Origin: a virus
Direction: 5' to 3' (one strand)
DNA length: 64,000 bases
Virus record (IMG/VR): IMGVR_UViG_3300036863_000086
Span: 8,477-72,476 of that record
Shown: positions 48,579 to 57,272 of the stretch, one piece after another
How the letters are laid out: every line of letters begins with the position of its first letter
How positions within the stretch are numbered: the first letter of the stretch is position 1
The notes under the pieces: model-generated
Databases searched by the model: none
Told to the model about the DNA's origin: nothing
Seen by the model: only the letters and a program-made list of their open reading frames with translations
Translations under genes and position numbers: made by a program

Positions 48579-49985
48579 ATGGCAAACCTACTATTTCCCC
48601 GCAGCAAGCCTCCGTCATTTTCTCGTGCCAACCCAACCACGATGGACCTCGAAAGGATCATCGAAGAAATCGCGGACGATCCTTTCCAGATGGACACCGG
48701 CATGCGGATCATGATGAAGCGGAAGAAGGAGTTCAACAACGAGCTGGCCGCAAAACTGACCGGGATCGCGCTCAACCCCGTTTCCAAGGCGTACCTGGAA
48801 AACCGCCTCGACGATATCTGGTCCGCGTCGTCAGGGAGGATCGTCCTTGGCAATGCCGGAACCACGACCATGCCGGAAGTCATCATCGGCAGCGGTTTCC
48901 ACGCTGCCGTGTACGCCGCGATCCGGGTCCAGGCGGGATTTCCCAAGCCATTCGTGCTCGAACGAGGAAAGCGCGCTGGCGGCGTGTTTGCCGTTCCTGG
49001 GCCAGCGTTCTTCCTGAATTCGCGGAACCGCCCAGGCGGAATCGGGCTGGCAGGAGATTCCGGCGCAAACCCAAACTACCTGCCCGGCGCACCGATCCAG
49101 ACCGCGAACATCTCCAGCGGCGACTACCAGACCAACGCGGACATGGCGCTCGTGATCCGGCTGACACTCGCCAAGTACGCGAACGTGCTCACGGAGTTTC
49201 CTGTCAGCGAAGTCGATTACTTCGCCGAGCGATACACACTCCTTTCGACAGGTGGTCGGAAACTCCAAGCGTCTCGAATCATCGACGCGCGCGGACTCGG
49301 CGACCCGCTCGGCAAGACCACGGCGAACGGAACAACCATCCTGACGTTTCCGCAGTTCATGGAAAGGATGGGCAGCGAAACCTGGCCGCTGCGGGATATT
49401 CGTCGTGCGGCAGTGCTCGGCAGCGGCGATGCTGCGCGGTGTTCGCTGGAAGCGTTGCTCGGAATTGGTCCACTTCCGGCAATGTCCATTCCTGCGCTCG
49501 ACATGGTCGATCGGGTCGACGCCTACGGGGAACTTCCCGACACGATGGAATCATGGTGCGACCGGGAACGTGGCCGGTACAACAAAATCGGCCGATTCCT
49601 CCGGCCGGATCGGTTCGGCATCAAGCGGTTGAACGTGTACGCGGATGGCGAGCGGCCGTCGCCAGTTTCCATCCCGAACGAAACGGTGCTGGTGAACGGC
49701 CGCAGCTACGACCTCGTCATTCTCGCAACCGGAAATCGTGAGGAGTCCGTTCCCGGCCTGGGAACGTCCAGCGACTTCGAACGCTACAACGTTAGCGACG
49801 TTGCAGTCGCCACGCGGAGTTACTACTCCGGTGGCGACCTTTTCCGAGTTGGACCGCACGCGCGGCTCGGGTTTTCTCGGCTGGAGCGGAATGCCGGCGT
49901 CGCGGAAATCCCCAACAACGCGGTCTCGATGTTCCGGCTGGCCAGCAAAACCGCCACGCTCGCAGCAACACTTCCCGGCATCTGA
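48579..49985 (+). CDS. FAD/NAD(P)-dependent oxidoreductase-like protein
   Basis: VIIGSGFHAA..LERG..AGG, VLGSGDAA, ILATG motifs; GAGGAG RBS. Confidence 0.7.
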   Translation: MANLLFPRSKPPSFSRANPTTMDLERIIEEIADDPFQMDTGMRIMMKRKKEFNNELAAKLTGIALNPVSKAYLENRLDDIWSASSGRIVLGNAGTTTMPEVIIGSGFHAAVYAAIRVQAGFPKPFVLERGKRAGGVFAVPGPAFFLNSRNRPGGIGLAGDSGANPNYLPGAPIQTANISSGDYQTNADMALVIRLTLAKYANVLTEFPVSEVDYFAERYTLLSTGGRKLQASRIIDARGLGDPLGKTTANGTTILTFPQFMERMGSETWPLRDIRRAAVLGSGDAARCSLEALLGIGPLPAMSIPALDMVDRVDAYGELPDTMESWCDRERGRYNKIGRFLRPDRFGIKRLNVYADGERPSPVSIPNETVLVNGRSYDLVILATGNREESVPGLGTSSDFERYNVSDVAVATRSYYSGGDLFRVGPHARLGFSRLERNAGVAEIPNNAVSMFRLASKTATLAATLPGI

Positions 49986-50264
49986 ATCACTACCGGGTAA
50001 CTGGTGCCAGCCAATGCTTGCATCCTTCACAACGACAGTCCCGTTTACTTGCTACTTGAGCGCTGGACTTTTCAGATGGACCACAGAACAACGCGATATG
50101 TGCTGCGCTCTGCGTTTGAGGAACGTCAAGGTTGGAGCAACCATAAAAGACACTCCACTTGCCAAGGTTCCCGTTCTGTGGTCCTTTTGAGAAGTCCAGC
50201 TTGTTGTTTGGCGTTTGAAAGTGGATTGTTTCGTCCGATGGTAAGAACAACAAAGGATGGAACA

Positions 50265-50465
50265 ATGAGCGAGTACCAGCGAAAGATTTCGGTCGATGAC
50301 CTGCATGTCGGGACGTTCGTGAAAGTGCGCGACAACTTCGGCGGCTTGTGGTCGGCGGAAGTCATCGGATTCACCAGGAACGGAACGATCGAGTTCATCG
50401 TTTCTGGTGACGACAAGGTTCGTCGTGGCACGCTGACCACGATTGCAGAAATCGTGCAGCCATGA
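50265..50465 (+). CDS. Small SH3-like hypothetical protein
   Basis: AAGGA RBS; LHVGTFVKV. Confidence 0.6.
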   Translation: MSEYQRKISVDDLHVGTFVKVRDNFGGLWSAEVIGFTRNGTIEFIVSGDDKVRRGTLTTIAEIVQP

Positions 50466-50704
50466 CCACCATGCTGCATCGTAGGGTCGCTATGCAGAGC
50501 GTAGCGATCAAGGCGATGTTTTCCAAGGCCGAGATGCTCGAACTTCCACGGCGCGCGTTACTGGCGATGTTGAACGAGAACCTTCCGCTCGTTGATCCGA
50601 GCGATAGCAAGAAAGTTCGACTCGCTCGGATCGCCACCATTCAGGATCGAGTGAACCTCGCGCGATACCGCGCTGGCCTGAAAAGGTGGGAGCAACCACG
50701 ATGA
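50462..50704 (+). CDS. Hypothetical protein (tandem paralog 1)
   Basis: MFSKAEMLELPRRALLAMLNEN. Confidence 0.65.
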   Translation: MTTMLHRRVAMQSVAIKAMFSKAEMLELPRRALLAMLNENLPLVDPSDSKKVRLARIATIQDRVNLARYRAGLKRWEQPR

Positions 50705-50949
50705 TGCTCGTCGAAGAATTCCTCAAGTTGCTCGACGAGAAGATCGCCGAGCAGGACGTGAAGATTTTTTGGATGTTTTCCAAGGCCGAGATTTTCGAGC
50801 TGAATCGGCGTGAGCTGCTGGCGCTGTTGAACGAAAACGATCCAAAAGCGGAAGTCCAGGCTGTCCTGCAAGATCGGCTGGATGACGTGGCCGGCCGGGC
50901 GGATCTCGCGCGATATCTCGCCGAGCGAAAAGAAGCTGGTGCGGCATGA
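50701..50949 (+). CDS. Hypothetical protein (tandem paralog 2)
   Basis: MFSKAEIFELNRRELLALLNEN. Confidence 0.65.
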   Translation: MMLVEEFLKLLDEKIAEQDVKIFWMFSKAEIFELNRRELLALLNENDPKAEVQAVLQDRLDDVAGRADLARYLAERKEAGAA

Positions 50950-51102
50950 TGCTGCCAGTCGCAGTCATCAAGGAAATCGAGTCCACCTACGCACTGCTCT
51001 GGGCTGACTGAATCAACCTCGAAACAATCCACTTCCACGCGCCAAACAACAATCCAAAAGTATGTTGGCGGGTTTTTCCATGTCTGGTAAGGGAAGTGCG
51101 AC

Positions 51103-51585
51103 ATGGAGTTTCGCAAGGGTCCAACACTGGACGAATTCTGTGAAATCGTCCAGAAGATTTCCGACGAGCGCTACGACAGCAACGTGATCGTCGGCGACTC
51201 GGAAACACTGTCCAAGAACGGAACAACCTTCCGGGCGACGTTGCGCGTCAAGGATTCCAAGAAATTCGGCGCGAGAACATCATCGCGCGGCCGGCACACG
51301 CCAGCGGCAAGCTGGGAAGCGTTCCGCGATGTTCTCCGCGAGGTGTTCGACCGCTGGCCGAACACCTACGTTTCTTCGATGCTCGTGTTCATGCTGGGAC
51401 TGTACGATCCCTGCGAGCATCGCAAGGCGAGCGGCGAACCGTATCGGCGCCACAAGGAACGGCATCGCCGGCGCGGCTACAACGGAAAAGCACAATTCGA
51501 GGAAATGTACCCTGAGACGGCCGCCGTCAATTGGGGTTCCCAGATATATTGGGCATGCCTCCCTGATCTTTCCATCGAGCGGTGA
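51103..51585 (+). CDS. Hypothetical protein
   Basis: 160 aa with RBS, inside stem. Confidence 0.7.
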   Translation: MEFRKGPTLDEFCEIVQKISDERYDSNVIVGDSETLSKNGTTFRATLRVKDSKKFGARTSSRGRHTPAASWEAFRDVLREVFDRWPNTYVSSMLVFMLGLYDPCEHRKASGEPYRRHKERHRRRGYNGKAQFEEMYPETAAVNWGSQIYWACLPDLSIER

Positions 51586-52507
51586 CACGATGCCGGCTAT
51601 CGTGACCACAGTGAGGGAAATCCCAACCGCGCCGTACTACGTTCTATCCAACGACAGATTCATGAGCGGTTGGGGCCGGGCGCATACATCGGGCGCGTTT
51701 GGAAATCCGTATCCCGACAGAGGGGCGTTGACCAACACCATCATCCTGCCGTGCGAAAACTGGACGGAAGCGCTGATTGTCAAGGAAAACGCCGAACGTC
51801 GTACCGATCAGACGAGAGTTCGGATCGTCGTGAACAAACCGCGACTCCGTTCTGAGCACGTCTATTCGCTCCTGACAAGACTAACCGCAGAGTGGTGGTT
51901 CCAGCCGGGGGCGTTCAAGTAACCAACGAAAAACCCGCCAACTTACTTTTGGAAGATCCGAGTATCGTGCAATTAATTGGGAACAGTAACGGCGAGAATC
52001 ACGATAGCTGAGAGCCCGTAAAAGGGAATATACCAATATCGTGATTAGGGCACGATCGCCCTGGGCCGGTCGGTTCAATCCGGCTGGATCGCAACCAAAC
52101 AGCGGAAGAACAGAGCCAGCTTAACCGCTGGCATCCGGTTACTGTTCCCAATTGATTGTACGACAAATTAGAATTGAGATAGGGAACGCACCCGGACGGC
52201 ATAACCCTGCTAGGTTTGCTAAGGGTCCGCCGTAGCAGCGGAAACGGGATATAGAGGGACCGCCCTATCTCAAAACCACGCGCCTAGCTGCAAAACGGCC
52301 TCGGGCCGGATCTGGTTCTCAGCGTGGGTTCTAGGGAAGCACGAATAGGAGCTGGTAATAAGGCTTCCCAGCTAACTTTCGCAGGATCTAAGGACCACAG
52401 GGATGCAGGTCTACAACCGCATTTCGACAAAACCCAAATGGTGAGGTTTCGTCGTTATCCCTGTGGTCCTTTGATTCTACGACGAGACAACGAACAAGGG
52501 TAAACAG

Positions 52508-52720
52508 ATGGATTTCTACCCGATTTGGGGAGAACGGCTTTATGAGTCGTCCGATGGACGATACCGGCTTTCCAGAGATTCTCATGGGCGCTGGTGGATT
52601 CTCCGCGTCCGGCAGTTCAACTCCGGTCCAAAGACGATGCTGGTTCCCTATTCGTTCCGAACGCTCGATAACGCAATCGAAGCGTTCGATGATGGAACCG
52701 TCAAAATTTGGGAACGATGA
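52508..52720 (+). CDS. Hypothetical protein
   Basis: 70 aa preceding tRNA cluster. Confidence 0.6.
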   Translation: MDFYPIWGERLYESSDGRYRLSRDSHGRWWILRVRQFNSGPKTMLVPYSFRTLDNAIEAFDDGTVKIWER

Positions 52721-52727
52721 CTCTGCG

Positions 52728-52799
52728 GCGCCTGTACCTTAATGGAAAGAGGGATAGTTTCCTAAACTATTTGTGCAGGTTCGATTCCTGCCAGGCGCG
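52728..52799 (+). tRNA. tRNA-Arg(CCT)
   Basis: GCGCCTG/CAGGCGC acceptor; ATAGT-TTCCTAA-ACTAT; GGTTCGATTCC. Confidence 0.85.
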
Positions 52800-52800
52800 C

Positions 52801-52943
52801 AAGAAACTTGGGCTAGCCGCGTACTCCACTACGGTAATGGGAGAGCTATACGAAAGTGCCCGGCAACCTGAAAGCGCCTTACGGTGTATCCACCTTACGG
52901 TGCATCCATGTCGACGCCGGTAAGCCTTCCGCCCAAGTTTCTT
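52801..52943 (+). ncRNA. Unknown structured RNA motif, copy 1
   Basis: 13-bp closing stem; core shared with 56817-56963. Confidence 0.6.
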
Positions 52944-52949
52944 TTTCAT

Positions 52950-53027
52950 GGCGAGAGTAGCTTAATTAGGTAAAGCGCTTGCTTGTGGCGCAAGTTATTG
53001 CCGGTTCAAATCCGGTCTCTCGCCCCA
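52950..53027 (+). tRNA. tRNA-His(GTG)
   Basis: G-1, CTTGC-TTGTGGC-GCAAG, encoded CCA. Confidence 0.9.
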
Positions 53028-53028
53028 A

Positions 53029-53106
53029 TGGTCGGTAGCTTAATTCACTCGGCAAAGCAGCGGTCTCCAAAACCGCGAGATGGGGGTTCGAGTCCCTTCC
53101 GACCAG
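53029..53106 (+). tRNA. tRNA-Trp(CCA)
   Basis: GCGGT-CTCCAAA-ACCGC; GGTTCGAGTCC. Confidence 0.9.
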
Positions 53107-53110
53107 CTAC

Positions 53111-53185
53111 GGCGTGGTAGCTCAGTTTGGTTAGAGTGCTGCCCTGTCAAGGCAGAGGTCGCGGGTCCAAATCCCGTCCACGCCG
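53111..53185 (+). tRNA. tRNA-Asp(GTC)
   Basis: CTGCC-CTGTCAA-GGCAG; T-loop variant TCCAAAT. Confidence 0.85.
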
Positions 53186-53208
53186 CAATTGTGGGGAAAG
53201 GACAATCA

Positions 53209-53400
53209 GTGTCAAAGCTAAAAGTTACTGTAACTGGAATTCTAGATGTTCCAGAAGATCAGCTAGAACCGGCATACGAAGCATCCTCAATCCAAGAAGC
53301 CGCCAAAAACTTAGTCGCCTGGTATAAAGATGGCTCAGCAGACCTTTTTGCTGACCTATCCGTGGTGGATGAGTTGAAGGTAACTGTCGAGCCGGTATAA
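53209..53400 (+). CDS. Hypothetical protein
   Basis: AAGGA RBS, GTG start (MSKLKVTV). Confidence 0.55.
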   Translation: MSKLKVTVTGILDVPEDQLEPAYEASSIQEAAKNLVAWYKDGSADLFADLSVVDELKVTVEPV

Positions 53401-53501
53401 TTCGGAGTTGCCAGACCCGAGTCTCCATACCTGCGTACGAGGATTTCTGGAGATAAGCCGAAAACCTAAAGCGCTACGGGAAAGTAGGCATCTGGCACCA
53501 A

Positions 53502-53575
53502 GCGCCATTCTGCTAAACGGATGAGGCTACCACTCTCTCACGGTGGAGGTAGGAGTTCGAATCTCCTATGGCGCG
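53502..53575 (+). tRNA. tRNA-Glu(CTC)
   Basis: CCACT-CTCTCAC-GGTGG; GTTCGAATC. Confidence 0.85.
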
Positions 53576-53744
53576 CGAAATTGTTGGACTGGAAGGAAGT
53601 TGAACAATGGATAAGATAGTGCAAATCGAGATCGAATATGACGACGGCAGTACGGCTTTCTGGACAATCAAGGAAGACGACGAACGGCTGGCAAAAGTCG
53701 AGGAAATCCTCGGAACGCCAGATCAGCAGAATCTCTAGCAACAT

Positions 53745-53817
53745 GCGCGGTTCGGCTAATGGTTTAGGCTATCAGACTTTCAATCTGATGATGCGGGTTC
53801 GAATCCCGTACTGCGCA
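53745..53817 (+). tRNA. tRNA-Glu(TTC)
   Basis: TCAGA-CTTTCAA-TCTGA; GGTTCGAATCC. Confidence 0.9.
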
Positions 53818-54535
53818 CAATGGGGCCGGACGACCGGATAAGCATAGGAACGAGCGCGCTAAAGTTTTGGGTCGGTTGGGCGCGAACGTGAGATCGTCAT
53901 TCCTATCGCCCCAGATTTTTGCTGAGAACACAGGCCCGCCGGGTACGCGCAACGCCAGTGTGGTTCAACGGTTGCATTCTGGAACGATGGACGTGGTTAG
54001 GGACCGACATCGTGCCGATTGGTCGCGTACTGCGCCCCCTTTACGGAAACTTCTAGATCCATATCCGCGCGGATTTAGAAAGTCCATGAAGGACCGAGCC
54101 TTATCATGGGAGGGTTAAATCGAGATGGCGGCATAACTCCCTCCCACCCTTTTCGGAAACCCAAGGATAGCGAAGTGCAGATCATGTTTCACTACATGGA
54201 TAAGCGACGGAACCACGAAATCGCCGACGCTCCATGGCGAAAGTTGGACTTCGTTCCCAACAACATGCTGCGCGATCTTGACCATTGGCACGATGCAGAA
54301 ACATTTCCATTCTACGACCCGGACCTAGATGCCAGAGACATCGCCGACGTGCCACATGGTCATTGGATCGCGCACAAGCACGGCAGATACCAAGAACACG
54401 CGCATTACGTTCTCTGCACGGAAGACCATGAAAGTGAAGGAGCTAAATGAATTACGATCCGTACGATGACGACGAGCCAATTGACAGCGGCGACGAAGTT
54501 GGTCCATAGCCATCACGAAAGTTTTTAAAAGGTGA

Positions 54536-54844
54536 GTGATGGCGACTGTTCGAATCAGCGAAAAGGATCTCCGAGATCCAAGATTCAAGCGCCTGCGAAA
54601 CATGGTCAAAGAAGCAGGCGGGCTTGATGATGAGAATGACGAGGTTGTCGACAAGGAAGAATTTGGCGATCGACTTGTCCCACGAGAACTGACACTTTCG
54701 GAGCGCATCGAAAGCATTACGTTTGTGAAGCAATTCTCGGGCTACAGCAAAGAGCAAGTTGATGCGTTTCTCGATGATGTCGGTCGGCACGTCGAAAAGA
54801 TGGAAAAAGAAATCCGTCGGCTTCGTCGGCGACTCGGAAGGTAA
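54536..54844 (+). CDS. DivIVA-domain protein
   Basis: ITFVKQFSGYSKEQVDAFLDDV followed by coiled coil. Confidence 0.75.
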   Translation: MMATVRISEKDLRDPRFKRLRNMVKEAGGLDDENDEVVDKEEFGDRLVPRELTLSERIESITFVKQFSGYSKEQVDAFLDDVGRHVEKMEKEIRRLRRRLGR

Positions 54845-54849
54845 CAAAA

Positions 54850-54921
54850 CCGGGTGTCATTCAACGGTTAGGATCTCTGCCTTCCAAGCAGATGATGCGG
54901 GTTCGATTCCCGTCACCCGGT
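54850..54921 (+). tRNA. tRNA-Gly(TCC)
   Basis: TCTGC-CTTCCAA-GCAGA; GGTTCGATTCC. Confidence 0.9.
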
Positions 54922-55757
54922 CTACGTTTTTCCGTAACCGAAACGAGGGTAAGGATGCTCAGGCTAAGTAAGAAACTCGGTACGTGGTTCGTGACCCCAA
55001 ACGATTGCGAACTGTACGAACTTCCCATGGTCATCGACCGCGAGGAATTTGCCCTGGCGTTGGAACTTGGCGACCGTGCCAGCCAGGCGCTAAATCTGCG
55101 CTGGCAGTAGAGAAAACGAGGTAAGGATGCTCAGGCAATTTGAAGTTCTCGTGTCCAATTCTCTGTCCATGCGCCGTCGCTGGCGCAAAGTATGGGGATT
55201 CAATGCCGCCGATGCGCGGAACCACTGCCCACTGCTCATTGGGTATGAGCGTACACTCGGCCCGGTCAGAGAAGTTGAAATCTGATGCTAAGGTTCGCTG
55301 GTGTAGCGTTGCTGGTCATCGCGGTCCTCGACCTGCTTTTCACTAACGACCTTCACCACAATTTCACGCCGGATTGGATCGTCGGCGGTGCGGGGCTGGT
55401 CGCGCTAATTGTCGACCGACTCGCGCCACACGAAGATGGTGACTGAAAGGAACCGAAACCAAATGCTGGAGTGCCAGGACAAGAACGTAAACTGCACTGG
55501 TGAAATCCATACCTACGACATCACAACGCCGAAGGGATACGCAACTCCCACGTATAGGGAGTTTGGCCATTTTCCAATTCCAAGTGAGCCAAGAACCGAA
55601 CGGAGAACTCTCTGTCTGTTCCACTTGTCTCTCTGGGGCGACAGAAGCATGAACGCCCCAGTAGTGGACTGAAATCTCTGTTGCTCGATGAGAACACTTA
55701 TTCTCTGAGTGAGTGTTTTCATGCCGCAACAGAGCGGCAAGTAGAAAGAAGGTAACG

Positions 55758-56069
55758 ATGCATCTCATGGATTGGGTGGCGATTGCTACTGCGCTTGCAG
55801 GAGCCAGTGCAGTCCTGACGCTATGTCGTTTGCGATACAAGGACAACGACAAGCTACCTATCATCGCAAAAGCGTTGATGGCGCTCACAGTTGCCACGTT
55901 GCTGATCGGAGTCCTATCGTTTGGCAACGATCTCAGCAACAGCTTCAACAACATCGGCAAGGATATCGGGAGCGTCACCATTCCGTCTGACACGACTCCC
56001 GAAACCACAACCTGGGACCCTTGCGATCCTACGAGTCCTGCATGGAATCCCGACGCCACCAACTGCTAG
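55758..56069 (+). CDS. Membrane protein
   Basis: Two TM helices; MHLMDW start. Confidence 0.6.
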   Translation: MHLMDWVAIATALAGASAVLTLCRLRYKDNDKLPIIAKALMALTVATLLIGVLSFGNDLSNSFNNIGKDIGSVTIPSDTTPETTTWDPCDPTSPAWNPDATNC

Positions 56070-56075
56070 TACAAC

Positions 56076-56146
56076 GCGGGTGTAGCTTAGTGGTAAAGCA
56101 TCAGCATGCCACGCTGAATACGAGGGTTCAATTCCCTTCACCCGCT
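56076..56146 (+). tRNA. tRNA-Gly(GCC)
   Basis: GCGGGTG/CACCCGC; TCAGC-ATGCCAC-GCTGA. Confidence 0.9.
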
Positions 56147-56744
56147 CTACAGGCCGGCCGCATTTTCGGAGGTATACATCCGACAAAAACCGTATCTTGC
56201 TACGGGGCGCGATTTTTGACATCCGAGGCGGATGTTCCGGCAGCCAGGGAAAATGCAAGCGGGCGCCCGTTTCCCTGGCAATGATTCAGATCCAAACGAG
56301 AGGTAAGAAAGATGTGGGTGTTTTTGTATTGCTGCCTTTTAATCGTAGCGACGAACTTCGCACTATTTCCAATCATCGGCCGGTGGGTTATACTTGTTAA
56401 TCTCGCCTATATTGGTGCGTTCAGTTGGATTTCCTTGAGGAAGCACTAAAGTTTTTTCTTTCTTTTTTCTTTCTTTTTTCTTTCACTTTTGTCCAGCCAA
56501 AAAATGTCCAGTCGCTCCAAAAACAACCCGATCGAGGGAAAATGATCATTGAAGCGAGATTGCCGAATGCGGCACTTATTTCATTTGACGACGAAGGCGA
56601 GTTGTCCAGTCTCATTGTTCAATTGACCGATGCCTGCACGCTGGATGATAAAAACCGTCCGCTCATTGAGTCACTGCGGCGCCAGCTACAGGATTATGTG
56701 TATCCAGTGCTTCAGCAGCTTGATCCAACAATCTAATGCGGTTG

Positions 56745-56815
56745 GGGGCCATAGTTTAACGGCAAAACGCCTGTCTTGCACACAGGTAATGGGTGTTCGA
56801 TTCACCTTGGCTCCA
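56745..56815 (+). tRNA. tRNA-Ala(TGC)
   Basis: GGGGCCA/TGGCTCC with G3-U70; CCTGT-CTTGCAC-ACAGG. Confidence 0.9.
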
Positions 56816-56816
56816 C

Positions 56817-56963
56817 AAAGGTAGGGCACAAACTAGCTCTCCTCCCGAGGGTAATGAGAGAATCTTGAGAGCTTTGCACAACTCGACTCAAGTGCTATGC
56901 GAAAGCGCCCGGACTCGACATCTAACGAGCGGCCGGTAAGCCTCTTGTTTGTGCCCTACCTTT
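56817..56963 (+). ncRNA. Unknown structured RNA motif, copy 2
   Basis: 17-bp perfect closing stem; core shared with 52801-52943. Confidence 0.6.
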
Positions 56964-56966
56964 CTA

Positions 56967-57037
56967 TCCCGGGTCGGTTAATGGCAGGCCATCGGACTGT
57001 TAATCCGCCAGTGAAGGTTCGAATCCTTCCCCGGGAG
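56967..57037 (+). tRNA. tRNA-Asn(GTT)
   Basis: CGGA-CTGTTAA-TCCG; GGTTCGAATCC. Confidence 0.85.
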
Positions 57038-57068
57038 CAAGAGTCATGCCCACGACAAGGGTGAACAA

Positions 57069-57272
57069 TTGAAAATCACGGTTCCATTTTTGCTCGTCCT
57101 CACTGCCATCATCCTTGTGATGATGCGAATTCGCCATCGTGGGGAAGGACTTACTTCTTTTGAGTTCATTCTCTGCGCGACCTGGGGATTTTTACTCTGC
57201 CAGACAGGTTTCGCACCGGCAGTCAACAATTTCCTCAAGTCGATTCTGAGCCTCATCGGCGTCCACTCCTAA
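57069..57272 (+). CDS. Small membrane protein
   Basis: Two hydrophobic helices; GFLLCQTGFAP. Confidence 0.55.
   Translation: MKITVPFLLVLTAIILVMMRIRHRGEGLTSFEFILCATWGFLLCQTGFAPAVNNFLKSILSLIGVHS

Larger units (their letters stand above)
45742..52163 (+). repeat. Series of long imperfect inverted repeats each enclosing one gene cassette
   Basis: Arm pairs: 45742-45773/46232-46263; 46351-46380/46927-46956; 46961-46987/47681-47707; 47712-47743/48169-48200; 48216-48244/48457-48485; 48487-48545/50003-50061; 50062-50089/50173-50200; 50201-50233/51020-51052; 51053-51078/51928-51953; 51965-51990/52138-52163. Confidence 0.9.

Noticed and set aside
45742-52163. Integron attC cassettes or shufflon/invertible segments
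   Set aside because: Arms enclose genes rather than forming local hairpins between them, arm sequences are unrelated to each other, all genes share one orientation, and no recombinase is in the window; not fully excluded without read data
53822-54150. tmRNA or RNase P call
   Set aside because: No tRNA-like 3' end or clear tag ORF; RNase P GGAAAGTCC motif is not in the right position
35940-56090. Spacer A(A/G)GTGTAGC resembling the tRNA-Gly 5' end (self-targeting)
   Set aside because: Only 7-8-nt identity with no matching partner spacer found; expected by chance; a systematic search was not possible
56152-56240. HDV-like (theta) ribozyme after tRNA-Gly (starts GGCCGGC)
   Set aside because: Could not build the nested double pseudoknot by eye
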